64,000 bases of DNA from the NCBI GenBank assembly GCA_963734495.1, contig CAVTHK010000001.1, positions 576,001 through 640,000 of the forward strand. Direction: 5' to 3'. A model generated the notes under the pieces. That model saw nothing but the letters and a program-made list of their open reading frames with translations. It was not told the DNA's origin and did no database searches. Position 1 is the stretch's first letter. Every line of letters begins with the position of its first letter. The translations under genes were made by a program, and so were the position numbers. The stretch comes from an uncultured Spirochaetota bacterium. Its GTDB lineage: Bacteria > Spirochaetota > Spirochaetia > SZUA-6 > CAVTHK01. Below, one piece after another: positions 18,889 to 29,688 of the stretch.

Positions 18889-19872
18889 TCAAGCGAGCCA
18901 CCAGCGGTTCTCGCGGGCCCACTCGATCGTGCGCTGCAGGCCCGCGGCCAGGGGTACTTTCGCCTTCCAGCCGAGGGTCTCCGCTGCCTTGCGGACGTCG
19001 GGCACGCGCCTGGGGATGTCCTCGTAGACCGCCCCGTATTCCCTGGTCGTGTCAAAGGGCACCATCTTCACGGCGGCTCCGGACACCTTGATCACCGTCT
19101 CGATCGCCTCGCGGACGCTCGTCTCCGTCGGGTTCCCGAGGTTGAATGCCTCGCCGACGGCGGCGGGGTTTCCGGAGGCTTCGAGGATGCCGTCCACGAT
19201 GTCGGCCACGTAGGTAAAGCAGCGGGTCTGGGTGCCGTCGTCATAGCACAGGGGCGGCTCGCCCCGCAGCACCTTGTAGACGCTCTGCGAGATGACGAAG
19301 TAGGGGTTCTGCCGCGGCCCGTAGACATTGAAGAAGCGCACGATCGAGAACGGCAGCCCGCTCTGGCGATGGATGCCGTAGATCATGTGCTCGCACACAG
19401 CCTTGCTCGAGCTGTAGCTCCAGCGGTCCACATACGTGGGACCGAGCACCCTGTCGCCGTCCTCGCGCCAGGGCGTTGCGGGGTTCTTCCCGTAGACCTC
19501 GCTCGTGCTGGTAAAGATGAACTTCGTGCCGTGCCGGCTCGCGAGCTCCAGGAGCGTCCGCGTGCCCCCGACCACGATGTCGATCAGCTTGAGCGGGTCC
19601 GCGAGGTAGTGCTTGATCCCCACGACCGAGGCCAGGTGATACAGGACCGCGGCCTCGGGGCGATAGAAGCGCTCGACCGCGGCCCTGTCCCTGAGATCGC
19701 CGACAAAGTACTTCAGGTTGGGATGGCTGCGGACCGCGGCCAGGTTGCGGGACTCCTCGAGGGGAGCGATGTCAAAGACGTGGACCTCGTCCCCGCGGTC
19801 GAGCAGCGCTTCGACAATGTGGCTGCCGACGAACCCGGAGCCTCCCGTGACCATGACAACGTTGCCGCTCAC
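18889..19872 (-). CDS. NAD-dependent epimerase/dehydratase/decarboxylase (extended SDR)
   Basis: VTGGSGFVGSH, TSTSEVYGK, RWSYSSSK, RFFNVYGPRQ. Confidence 0.88.
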   Translation of the reverse strand: MSGNVVMVTGGSGFVGSHIVEALLDRGDEVHVFDIAPLEESRNLAAVRSHPNLKYFVGDLRDRAAVERFYRPEAAVLYHLASVVGIKHYLADPLKLIDIVVGGTRTLLELASRHGTKFIFTSTSEVYGKNPATPWREDGDRVLGPTYVDRWSYSSSKAVCEHMIYGIHRQSGLPFSIVRFFNVYGPRQNPYFVISQSVYKVLRGEPPLCYDDGTQTRCFTYVADIVDGILEASGNPAAVGEAFNLGNPTETSVREAIETVIKVSGAAVKMVPFDTTREYGAVYEDIPRRVPDVRKAAETLGWKAKVPLAAGLQRTIEWARENRWWLA

Positions 19873-21175
19873 CTTCCCACCCCTTTGTAGCGCAGTCCAG
19901 CGCATCTCATCCGCTCGAGCTTGTCTCTGCAGATCATCCGGCCGTCAAAGATCAGCGCGCGGGGCCCGGCGAGGCGCGCGAGCTCCTCGATCGGAATCTC
20001 GGGGAACTCGCTGGGCCCGTAGTGGAACATGGAGACGAAGTGGGCACGCCGGAGGGTGTACGCCCTCCGAGGTCGCGCGAAAGGCGCGGCCCGCCACGGC
20101 GTAGGCGACTTCGTCGCTGACCCCGGGTCGTAGCATGCGGAGCGTCTCCGCGGAGCGCAGCGCGTCGATGACGCCCTTGGTGGGCGTGTAGCGGCAGTCG
20201 CCGGTGTTGTTGAACGCGATCCCGAGCACGGCCACGACGCGCGGCCGGGAACGCCGTCGTGGATGAGGCCGTCGATCAGGCCCGCCGAGTAGCCGGGCAT
20301 GCTGTCGTTGACGTTGCGCGAGGTCGCCGGGGTCTTCAACTCGATGCCGAGCTGGGCGCCCATGCCGTGCACGAACCAGGGGTCTTTGGTCAGGCAGTAG
20401 CCGCCGACGCCGACCGAAGGCGTGAGGATGTTGACGTGGTGGCGGCCCTTGGGAAGCGTGTTGGCGGCGTCGATCATCTCCAGGACGTCGATGTCGAGCC
20501 GGTCGCTGAGCTTGGCCAGCTCGTTGGCGAGGGCGATGTTCAGGTCGATCCAGAGGTTGTCCGCGAGCTTGACCATCTCGGCCGTCCTCGCGTCGGCCAC
20601 GCGGATCACCGGGACGCCGAGGCTTCGCTCCCAGAATTCGGCCGCCGCCCGCGTGCTCTCCGCATCGACGCCGCCGACCACGACCGGGATGTTGCGGAAC
20701 TCCTGGATCGCGCGGCCCTCGGCCAGCCGCTCCGGGCAGAAAGCCAGCCTGACCCGCGCACGCGCCTCGAGGATGGGGCGCACGACGTCGGCCGTGGTCC
20801 CGGGGGTACGGTGCTCTTGAGCATGACGAGGCGGCCGTCGCGCAGGTGCGGCGCCAGCTGCCGCGAGGCTTCCGTGATCTGGCTCAGGTCCGCGGCCCCG
20901 TGCTCGCCGAGCGGCGTGCCCACGGTGATGAGGACCACCTCGGCATCGGCCGCGGCCGACGCCGAATCCGTCACGCTGAGCCTGCCCGCGCGCACGGTCT
21001 CCGCGATCAGCGCATCCAGCCCCGGCTCGTTGAAGGGGCTGCGGCCCGCCGCGACCGCCTCGCGGATGGCCCCGGCGCGCTCCACGCCCGTGACGGAGTA
21101 GCCCCGCTCGGCAAGGACCGCGCCGATGACGGCGCCGATATAGCCGAACCCTATGACACAGACTCTCTCTTTCAT
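19869..21175 (-). CDS. Nucleotide-sugar 6-dehydrogenase (several frameshifts)
   Basis: VIGFGYIG, ITVGTP, KSTVPPG, FCPERLAEG, AEMVKL, GVGGYCLTKDP. Confidence 0.85.
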
Positions 21176-21576
21176 GCGAGCGCCGCCCTCTTGAACTCCT
21201 GGTAGTCGCGAATGTACTCCCCGGCGTCGTAGAGGCTGTCGCTCAGCACCAGAAGGACGCAGTCGGGCGAGAAGTCGTACATCTCTTTCCATGTCATGCG
21301 GTCGGCGAACAGCGCCTGAGAGGGCTCGGTCAGCTCGTACTCCGCAACGTGCCGGCCGTCGTCGACCCTGATGCGGCACCTGCCCGCCACGGCTACGAAC
21401 ACCATCTTCGAGACCCTGTTGGCGTGCTGGCCCCGCACCGAGCCCGACCCCATGCCGTACATGTAGAACACCCGCCTGATCTCGAAGGGGATGTCCTTGG
21501 ACCCCTCGGCAACGACCAGGGACCCGCGCGCGTCCGGCGTGCAGCGCAGGCGGATGAGATGCGAATTCGTGTCCAC
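21172..21576 (-). CDS. Sugar 3,4-ketoisomerase (FdtA/QdtA-like cupin)
   Basis: DARGSLVVAE, IPFEIRRVFY, RGQHAN, WKEMYDFSPDCVLLVL, EYIRDY. Confidence 0.9.
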   Translation of the reverse strand: MDTNSHLIRLRCTPDARGSLVVAEGSKDIPFEIRRVFYMYGMGSGSVRGQHANRVSKMVFVAVAGRCRIRVDDGRHVAEYELTEPSQALFADRMTWKEMYDFSPDCVLLVLSDSLYDAGEYIRDYQEFKRAALA

Positions 21577-21586
21577 GCGAAGCCTC

Positions 21587-23317
21587 CTACCCGGACGGGA
21601 CCCTGCGCGACGGCTCGAGTATCTGGAACATGGCATTCTCCCAGACGACCCGGTAGCCGAACTGGTCGAGAAACCGCCGCATGCGCTCCCGGTTGAGGAC
21701 GGAGACGTCCCCGCGGTTGAGCGAGGTGTTCCTAGGCCAGGATCGATTGCGGGTGTCCGTCCTGGCAGCGACGACGACGGGAAGGTCCGGGCGCGCCTTG
21801 AGCGCCCATTTCAGGCTCTGTTCCAGCTCGTTGCCGACGTACAGGTTCGGCCACGAGTTGCCCAGGTAAGGGCGCGTCCTGGTCGCGAAGTTGATCATCG
21901 GCGTGGACTCCAGGGCGAGAAGGACGTCGCCCGGGCGGACGCGCCTGGACAGCTCGTCGAGCACATCGCCCACGACCTGCGCGCGCTCGGGCGTCGTGTA
22001 GACGCCGTGCAGCATGGGGTCCCGGACCGTGGCGGTCATCGCGAGCCGGTCAGCGCTGTCGCGGTAGGTGTAGTGCAGCCAGAGGTAGGCCGAGCCGAGC
22101 GCCGTGAACGCGACGAAGAACGCGAGGCCAAAGGAAGCCACGCGCGGAAGCGCGAGCATCCGGGGAGCAGCAGGCGGGTCGGCCTGCACCGCGATGCCGA
22201 CGGCCAGCACGAGCGGGAACGCGAGGGCGTAGCCGAAGAGGCTCACCAGCGCGCCGGTGTCCGAACCGACCGAGAGGGCGGCCAGCACGATGATGGCGGC
22301 GAAACACGCGACCTTCAAGTCCCGGTGGGCTTCGCCGCGGACCAGGAGGGCCAGGGCAAGCGGCATGTAGGCGAACCCCAGGGCTGCCCGCATCACCGTG
22401 CGGTCGCCGTCGAGCCGGGTGACGAGCAGAAAAGCGAAAGCGGCGATGGCCGCGAACAGGATGAGGCCGAGCCGCCGCGCGCGCTCCGGCAAGAGACCGC
22501 CCGCGGCCAGCAACACCCCGGAGGCCAGGCCGTAGACCGCGGCCTCGCCGTTCTGGCGCACGAAGCGGCGGACGATCGTCTTGAGGTCGTAGCCCGAGAG
22601 CTGGTTCCCGGTGCTCTGGAAAAGCCCCGCGACCGAATCCGCGTACAGGGACAGATGGCCGACGGCCGCCATGGCGAGGAGCACGACCGCGAGGCCGAGA
22701 GCATACCCGCCTGCGAACCAGAGCAGGCGGGCGGGCAGGCCGGGCCGCCGGTCGACAAAGGCGTGATAACCGATGACCAGGGCCAGCGCGATGCCCGCGG
22801 CATTGGGCAGCCGCACGAAGACATTGGCGGCTTCGATCGCGCCCGCGACTGCCAGAAGCCACGGCCTGTCGCGCCGCAGCCCTTCGAGGAGGCACAACAC
22901 CGCGGCGAAATGGAACAGGGCGGTCAGGTTGTTGTAGTGAACCACCGGCACCCGCGGGAACTGGAAGCCGTAGGCCAGGATCAGCCCCACGAGCACCAGC
23001 CGGACGGGGACTACGGGTTTGAGAGCCCGCCACACGAGAAGGCAGGAAGCCCAGAAGACGACGGCTGCCGCCAGCTTGAGGCCGAGAAGACCCAGAAAGG
23101 GGACCGCGCGGTAGACGAGGCCGCCGATCACGTTCGACAGCCACATGTGGAACCAGTACCGGATGCTCCCGGGGTCGACAAAGATGAGCTGGTAGCTGTT
23201 GGCGACCCAGCCGGTGTCCGTGAAGTCGAGCCCCTGAAAGGCGGACAGGAACGGAATCGCAAAGAGAAGGGCGAGCAGGCCGGCGTCGGCCCACCGTCGC
23301 GGCGCCGTCGCGTTCAC
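21587..23317 (-). CDS. Polytopic membrane protein, probable GT-C glycosyltransferase
   Basis: QGLDFTDTG acidic motif after TM1, many TM segments, soluble C-terminal domain; sugar operon context. Confidence 0.65.
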   Translation of the reverse strand: MNATAPRRWADAGLLALLFAIPFLSAFQGLDFTDTGWVANSYQLIFVDPGSIRYWFHMWLSNVIGGLVYRAVPFLGLLGLKLAAAVVFWASCLLVWRALKPVVPVRLVLVGLILAYGFQFPRVPVVHYNNLTALFHFAAVLCLLEGLRRDRPWLLAVAGAIEAANVFVRLPNAAGIALALVIGYHAFVDRRPGLPARLLWFAGGYALGLAVVLLAMAAVGHLSLYADSVAGLFQSTGNQLSGYDLKTIVRRFVRQNGEAAVYGLASGVLLAAGGLLPERARRLGLILFAAIAAFAFLLVTRLDGDRTVMRAALGFAYMPLALALLVRGEAHRDLKVACFAAIIVLAALSVGSDTGALVSLFGYALAFPLVLAVGIAVQADPPAAPRMLALPRVASFGLAFFVAFTALGSAYLWLHYTYRDSADRLAMTATVRDPMLHGVYTTPERAQVVGDVLDELSRRVRPGDVLLALESTPMINFATRTRPYLGNSWPNLYVGNELEQSLKWALKARPDLPVVVAARTDTRNRSWPRNTSLNRGDVSVLNRERMRRFLDQFGYRVVWENAMFQILEPSRRVPSG

Positions 23318-24186
23318 TGCCGCGTCTCCGGCACGAACGAGAGGTAGCTCCTGTAGTCGTTGGCGGGCATCGCCGCGATCAGCTTTCGGAAGCCCGCTTC
23401 GTCGATGTAGCCCATGTGGAGCGCGACTTCCTCCACGCACCCGATCTTGAGCCCCTGCCGCTTCTCGATGGTCTGCACGAAGCTCGAGGCTTCGACCAGC
23501 GCATCGTGCGTGCCCGTGTCGAGCCAGGCGGTCCCGCGGCCGAGGTTTTCGACCTTGAGCTCTCCGAGGGCGAGGTAGTGGCGGAGCACGTCGATGATCT
23601 CGTACTCGCCGCGGGCCGACGGCGTGAGGCTCCTGGCCACCTGCGCGACGGTGCCGTCGCAGAAGTAGAGCCCGGGGACCGCGTAGTGCGAGCGGGGCCG
23701 CGCCGGCTTTTCCTCGAGGGAAAGGACCTGTCCGCCGCCGCCGAACTCCACCACCCCGTAGCGCTGCGGATCGGCCACCCAGTAGCCGTAGACCAGGGCC
23801 CCTCGCTCCAGGCGCGCCCCCGCCTGCAGGATCTCCGAAAAGCTGTAGCCGAAGAAGATGTTGTCGCCGAGAACGAGACAGACCGGGTCGCCGTCGATAA
23901 AGTCCTCGCCGACGACGAACGCCTCAGGCAGACCGCGGGGCTCCGCCTGCACGCGATAGCTCAGCCCTATCCCGAGGTCCTCGCCCGTGCCGAGGAGAGC
24001 CTCGATCCGCGGGAGGTTGACGGGGTCGGAGATCACCAGGATCTCCCGGATGCCGGCGAGCATGAGCGTGGACAGCGGGTAGTAGATCATGGGCTTGTCG
24101 TACACCGGGAGAAGCTGCTTGGAGACGGCCCTGGTGCTGGGGAACAGCCTCGTTCCGCGGCCTCCGGCAAGGAGAATGCCCCTCAT
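23314..24186 (-). CDS. rfbA: Glucose-1-phosphate thymidylyltransferase
   Basis: GILLAGGRGTRL, SKQLLPVYDKPMIYYPLSTLMLAGIREIL, LEEKP, WLDTGTH. Confidence 0.96.
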   Translation of the reverse strand: MRGILLAGGRGTRLFPSTRAVSKQLLPVYDKPMIYYPLSTLMLAGIREILVISDPVNLPRIEALLGTGEDLGIGLSYRVQAEPRGLPEAFVVGEDFIDGDPVCLVLGDNIFFGYSFSEILQAGARLERGALVYGYWVADPQRYGVVEFGGGGQVLSLEEKPARPRSHYAVPGLYFCDGTVAQVARSLTPSARGEYEIIDVLRHYLALGELKVENLGRGTAWLDTGTHDALVEASSFVQTIEKRQGLKIGCVEEVALHMGYIDEAGFRKLIAAMPANDYRSYLSFVPETRQ

Positions 24187-24285
24187 TTCACGGTCCTCGG
24201 GCACCTTATAGCACGTCTGGGGCGGGGTCGGGAACCGGACCCGCGCGACTCCGATGCAGCGGCCGCGCCGGCTCGACGCCCGTCG

Positions 24286-25239
24286 TCAGCGCGGTCTCTC
24301 GCGCCCGGCGGCTTCCTGCCGCTGCCGGTACTGGACCTCCTCGAGAAGCATCCGGTTGACGGCGAGCAGGTCCGAAAGGAATGCGACGAGGATCGTCTGG
24401 AAGCCCATGCCCAGCAGGATCGCCGAGAGGATCAGCGACTGGACGTGGCCCGTCCCCTGTCCGCCGATCAGGTAGAGCAGGAAGCGCGCGCCCAGGGCGA
24501 AACCCAGCAGGAACAGCACGGTCCCGATCGAAGCGAAGAAGGCGAAGGGCCGGTAGACGACGAAGATCCGGACCATCGTCATGATCGAGCGCTTGATGTA
24601 GGCGGGGATGCTCTTTACCAGGCGCGACGGCCTCAGGTCCTCGTTGACCCTCACGGGCACCGACGTGATGGCCATGCCCTTGCGCCCCGCCTGGATGATG
24701 GTCTCGAGGGTGTATGTGTAGTCGTTGTACACGTTGAGCCGCAGCGCGGCGTCCCGGCTCAAGGCGCGGAAGCCGCTGGGCGCGTCCGGAATTTCCGTCT
24801 TGCTCAACGCCCTCACGACGCGGCTGCCGAGGCGCTGCAGAGCCTTCTTGACGGGCGAGAAATGCGGTATGCCCTCGATCGGGCGCGCGCCCACCACGAT
24901 CTCCGCCCGGCCGGCGAGGATCGGCTCGACCAGCCTGGGAATGTCGCGGGCATCGTACTGGTTGTCGGCGTCGGTGTTCACGATCACGTCCGCCCCCAGG
25001 CGCACCGCGGCATCCAGACCCGCCATGAACACCCGGGCCAGGCCGCGATTGCGGGGGAACCTCACGAAGTGGTCGACCCCGTGCTTGCGCGCGACTTCGA
25101 CGGTCGAGTCCGTGCTCCCGTCGTCGATGACGAGCCATTCGACCGAGTCAAAGCCCGCGACGGTGCGCGGGAGAGCCGCAAGGGTCACGGGCAGAGTGGC
25201 GGCCTCGTTGAAGCACGGAATCTGGATAATGAGCTTCAC
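24286..25239 (-). CDS. GT2 glycosyltransferase (DPM1-like) with C-terminal TM helices
   Basis: IQIPCFNE, IDDGSTD, VNTDADNQY, DAPSGFRA. Confidence 0.92.
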   Translation of the reverse strand: MKLIIQIPCFNEAATLPVTLAALPRTVAGFDSVEWLVIDDGSTDSTVEVARKHGVDHFVRFPRNRGLARVFMAGLDAAVRLGADVIVNTDADNQYDARDIPRLVEPILAGRAEIVVGARPIEGIPHFSPVKKALQRLGSRVVRALSKTEIPDAPSGFRALSRDAALRLNVYNDYTYTLETIIQAGRKGMAITSVPVRVNEDLRPSRLVKSIPAYIKRSIMTMVRIFVVYRPFAFFASIGTVLFLLGFALGARFLLYLIGGQGTGHVQSLILSAILLGMGFQTILVAFLSDLLAVNRMLLEEVQYRQRQEAAGRERPR

Positions 25240-25243
25240 CGCG

Positions 25244-26806
25244 TCAGTCCTCCTGCGACCGCGAGTCTTCGCGAATCAGGGGCGGGGCAGCCGCAACGAC
25301 GGTAAGAGCCGCCCGGAGCGGGTTGCGACGAACAGCCACGACCGGCGAGCCCGGGTCGCGCAGATAGGCCGCGGAAACGGGAGCGCGGGCGAGCGCCACG
25401 ACGGGCCGCCCGGCCAGGCTGGCCTCGACCAGGCGCGGGAGGCCGGAGGCCTCGAGCACCGAATCGCTCACGAAGAACTGCGCGCACGTCTCGAGCGGGT
25501 TGCGGCCGGACAGGTCGTCGGTTGCGACCACCGGCACGCCCCGGTCGAATGCGTCGGACACCGTGCGCCGGTAGTCTTCCACCAGGGCGAGAGGGTGCTC
25601 GGAGGGACGCAGCGGGTTGTTGGCGTAGATCCTCACGCTTCGGGGGAGCCCCGGAATCGAAAAGGCACCGGCGGCAGCCAGGAGCACCGCCGCCATGAGG
25701 GATGCGCAGGATCGCGCGCGCAGCGGTCCCGCTGCAGGACGGACGCGCCGCCATACGTCGACGAGGAGCGGGGCATCCAGGAGCAGGACCGGCCCCAGCA
25801 TTCCCAGGAGGTATCTGTGGATGAAGGGCTCCACCGGGATGACGGGGTGGATGCTCTTGACGACGAAGGTCTCACCGAGAAGGAAGCTCGCGGCGAGGGC
25901 GAGCAGCGCGGCGGTGGCGGCGTCAGGCTTGCGGCGCACGGCGTAGCGCACGGCCGCGGCGGCCGCGAGAAGAAGGACCGCCATCCAGTACCAGGGCAGC
26001 TTCCCGGGGCTGAAGCGCCCGAACAGGCCCCAGAAGTCCATCGGCGCGATGTAGTCGCCGGTGAAATGATTGTGGATGATGATGCCGATCTGGCCGAGCG
26101 GGTCGCCGGAGAGCCGGTACAGCAGCGCGTGCTCCACGGCATAGAGGACGAGAAGCGGCGCGCAGAACAGGAGGGCGTCGCGGCGCCCGCGGCCGCGGCC
26201 GCGGCGGAACGCCAGGATCGCCAGCAGGAAGCCCGGCGCGAAATAGATGTTCGTGATCTTGGCCTGGTAGGCGACGAACAGAAAGACGGACGAGACGAGA
26301 AGGTTGCGGGTGCGGTCCCGTTCGCCGTCGAGGTACGCGAGGAAGAAAGAGAAGCTCGCGAGCACGTACGTCAGCGAGAAGGAGTCCGGCCGCACCTGGC
26401 TCCCGCCCCGGATCATGTAGGGGAAGGTCACGAGCATGAGGGCCGCGACGAAGCCGGCGGCACGGCCGTGGAGGCGCAGGCCGACGCGGTAGATGAGGGC
26501 GACCTGGACCAGCGAAAGGACGAGCGGCACGACGTAGTAGACATCGGGGTGCGTCCCGAAGAGCGCCTGCGCCGCGAGCACCGGCAGGATCACGGCAAAG
26601 CGGATCGTGCGGTGCTGGATGTTGTCATAGGGGAGGCCCAGGAGCAACCGCCTCGCCGAGAACCAGTAGTCGCGCTCGTCGATGCCGGTGGCGATCATCA
26701 TGAGCGTGAGGAGTCGGAACGCCAGCGTGAAGAGCACGAGGCCGGCAACGATGCGCCGATCCTCGTCGCGCAGCAGCTCCGACGCCCTCTTCAGCAGGCT
26801 GCTCAC
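25244..26806 (-). CDS. GT-C (ArnT/PMT-like) glycosyltransferase
   Basis: GIDERDY after TM1, RPDSF, YQAKIT, multiple TM segments. Confidence 0.8.
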   Translation of the reverse strand: MSSLLKRASELLRDEDRRIVAGLVLFTLAFRLLTLMMIATGIDERDYWFSARRLLLGLPYDNIQHRTIRFAVILPVLAAQALFGTHPDVYYVVPLVLSLVQVALIYRVGLRLHGRAAGFVAALMLVTFPYMIRGGSQVRPDSFSLTYVLASFSFFLAYLDGERDRTRNLLVSSVFLFVAYQAKITNIYFAPGFLLAILAFRRGRGRGRRDALLFCAPLLVLYAVEHALLYRLSGDPLGQIGIIIHNHFTGDYIAPMDFWGLFGRFSPGKLPWYWMAVLLLAAAAAVRYAVRRKPDAATAALLALAASFLLGETFVVKSIHPVIPVEPFIHRYLLGMLGPVLLLDAPLLVDVWRRVRPAAGPLRARSCASLMAAVLLAAAGAFSIPGLPRSVRIYANNPLRPSEHPLALVEDYRRTVSDAFDRGVPVVATDDLSGRNPLETCAQFFVSDSVLEASGLPRLVEASLAGRPVVALARAPVSAAYLRDPGSPVVAVRRNPLRAALTVVAAAPPLIREDSRSQED

Positions 26807-27855
26807 AGGCGTCGGTACTCCTTGTACCAGGCCACGAAGCGCCGGACTCCCTCGCGGATGTCGATCGAGGGCCGGTAGCCGGTGTCCCGCTCGAGGTCGC
26901 TCGTGTCGGCCCAGGTGGTCGTCACTTCGCCCGGCTGCATGGGCATCAGGCTCTTCGTCGCCTTTCTGCCCAGGTTCTCCTCCAGGATCCCGATGAAATC
27001 GAGCATCAGGACCGGGCTCCCGCGCCCGATGTTGTACACCCGGTAGGGGGACGGGGAACAGGAAGGGTCGGGATGCGCGCCGGACCAGCTCGGCTCCGGC
27101 CTCGCGGGACGGTCGATGACGCGAACGACGCCCTCGACGATGTCGTCGATGTAGGTGAAGTCGCGTCGCATCTCGCCGTTGTTGAACACCTTGATGGGCT
27201 TCCCCGACATGATGCCCTCGGCAAACAGGAAATAGGCCATGTCGGGCCGTCCCCACGGACCGTAGGCGGTGAAGAACCGCAGTCCCGTGGTCGGAAGCCC
27301 GAAGAGGTGGCTGTAGCTGTGCGCCATGAGCTCGTTGGCCTTCTTGGTCGCCGCGTACAGGCTGACGGGATGGTCCACGTTGTGCCGGACGGAAAACGGC
27401 ATCGACTCGTTCAGTCCGTAGACGCTGGAGCTGCTGGCGTAGGTCAGCCCCTTGACCTCCGTCCTGCGGCAGCCCTCGATCACGTTCCCGAAACCCACGA
27501 GGTTGGCGTCGACGTAGGCCGAAGGATTCTCCAGGCTGTGGCGGACCCCGGCCTGCGCCGCGAGGTGGCAGACCGCGTCAAAGCGCTCGGCGGCGAACAG
27601 CCGCGCCATCGCCTCGCGGTCGGCGACGTCCATGAGCAGGAACCGGTGGGCGGGGTAGCGGGAGCTCGCCGCGGCGCGGCCGCCCTGCAGGCCGGCCGCA
27701 TCGATGCCCGCCTCCGCGAGGCGGCCGTGCTTGAGCCGGACGTCGTAGTAGTCGTTGAGGTTGTCGAGCCCGACCACTTCGTCGCCCCGCTCCAGCAGGC
27801 GGCGGGTCACGAACGAGCCGATAAAGCCCGCCGCGCCCGTCACGAGAACCTTCAT
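26803..27855 (-). CDS. UDP-glucuronate 4-epimerase-like (Uge/CapI/LpsL family)
   Basis: TGAAGFIG, DNLNDYYD, HLAAQAGVR, SLYAATKKANE, YGPWGRPDMA. Confidence 0.92.
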   Translation of the reverse strand: MKVLVTGAAGFIGSFVTRRLLERGDEVVGLDNLNDYYDVRLKHGRLAEAGIDAAGLQGGRAAASSRYPAHRFLLMDVADREAMARLFAAERFDAVCHLAAQAGVRHSLENPSAYVDANLVGFGNVIEGCRRTEVKGLTYASSSSVYGLNESMPFSVRHNVDHPVSLYAATKKANELMAHSYSHLFGLPTTGLRFFTAYGPWGRPDMAYFLFAEGIMSGKPIKVFNNGEMRRDFTYIDDIVEGVVRVIDRPARPEPSWSGAHPDPSCSPSPYRVYNIGRGSPVLMLDFIGILEENLGRKATKSLMPMQPGEVTTTWADTSDLERDTGYRPSIDIREGVRRFVAWYKEYRRL

Positions 27856-27983
27856 CTGAACAGTCCTTTCCGTGCGCCGCTCGACACCGCAAAAACGAGG
27901 TTTGCCGCGGCGCCGCTTTATGATACTGTGAAGCGATTCATGCAGATCGCGTCCGCAAAACCCAGTCCCGGCAGGTCCCCATC

Positions 27984-29688
27984 ATGAAACGGATCATCAC
28001 GTTCGCAGTTCTGGCGCTTGCGTTCGCCGCAGTCAGCGGCGCTCTCGACTGGAGCGATCCCAGGGACGGGATCTACGCCCAGCTCGACCTGTGGGCCGAG
28101 CGCGGGTACGTGAGACGGCTCCCGCTGCTGCGCCCTTACCCGCAGCAGCTCGTGGTCTCGCTGCTGCGCGAGGTCGCCCGCAACGCCGACCCCGCAAGCG
28201 CCCGCGAGGCCGAGGCCCTGCTCGCCACGGTGGACGTGAACGCGAGGATCGGCGCCGAGGCCTTCAGCGACACGACCGCCACGCAGGACGTGTTCTACAG
28301 CGTCAACGGCGCCTACCTGGAGACCGCGGGCAGGCTCACCGACCTGATCACGCTCGCGGGCAAGGCCGGCGGGTTCGTCGTCGTGAACCCGGGGGACGAC
28401 CCCTTTATCCCGGGACAGCGGTTCCCCGTCGACTACGTCGTGGACTATGCCGCGGTCTCCGTGCGCGGCGTGACGCTGCTGCCGACCGGAAGCGCCAGCG
28501 GGACCGCCGCGTTCGGGACGGACAGCTGGTGGTTCCAGATCGGGCTCAACCGCCACAGCTTCGGGCCCTTCGACGAGGGGCCGGTCCTGAGCCCCCAGGC
28601 CGCGGAGGCGGGACACCTCTCGTTCACGTGGCGCGGCGGGCCTCTCACCTACACGGAGTTCCTGCTGCTGCTCGACGCGACCAGCGACCGCGGCGACGCC
28701 CTCGGCGAAGACGGCAAGATCACCGTCTACCCCAGGAAGTACCTCACCGGGCAGTCTTTCCAGTTCTCGCCCGTGGACTGGCTGGACCTCGGCCTCTTCG
28801 AGACCGTGGTCTACGGGGAGCGCTTCGAGCCGCTCTATCTCGTGCCCATCGTGCCGAGGACCTATCTGAGCGCCTACATGGGCTCGGTCGACAACCTGAT
28901 GCTGGGCCTTTCCGCGTCGGCGCGGCTGCCCGCGGACCTGGGCGTCGACTTCATGTTCTACGCCGACGACCTGCAGTTCCTCGACATGCTCAAGCTGGAC
29001 TTCAACACGAAGTACAAGGTCAGCGGCCAGGCGGGGGTCTCGTGGACGCCCCTGCAGGCGCTGCTCAAGCGCGTGTCACTCGACTACGCGCTCGTGACGC
29101 CCTACACCTACACGCACCGCCGCGTGAGCGTCGAGGGGCTCGAAGATACGGCCGGCCCCCGAGCCGCTGTACGCGAACGGGATCAACTACTACAACTACT
29201 CCCACATGGGAAGGTCGCTCGTGGCCCTCGACCCCAACTCCGACCGCCTGCGCCTGCGGGCGATGCTGACACCGATGGACCGCCTCGGTGTTACACTATC
29301 GGCCGTCTACCAGAGGCACGCCAACGCCACCGACGTCGCGGTCGCCGACAACTGGTGGGTCGGCACCACGGACGGCGGGATCAACGACAACGGGTACGAC
29401 AAGGTGAACGGGCACCGCTTCGACAAGGTCAGCTTTCTCTCGCAGGACGTCATCGAGCAGATCCTGCTGCTCGGCTTCGATGCTTCCTGGAGGATGCCGC
29501 TCGGCCGCGCTACGCTCTACGTCGAAGGGGGCTACACTCTGGAGGTGGCCAAGAACAAGGCGGACACAGATCCCGTGGCACAGGCGAGCGTCTTTACGGA
29601 CAGCCCCGTCATCAACGGCGCGGTCCCCATCGAGGGCAACGACGTCGTGCTCCACCACCTGAGCCTCGGGCTGCGGTATGCCTATTAG
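27984..29688 (+). CDS. Secreted/outer-membrane protein, capsule assembly Wzi-like (frameshift ~29160)
   Basis: Signal peptide; LGLFETVVYG, DNLMLG, FYADD, PYTYTH, L.PNSDRL; terminal beta strand LSLGLRYAY. Confidence 0.65.
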
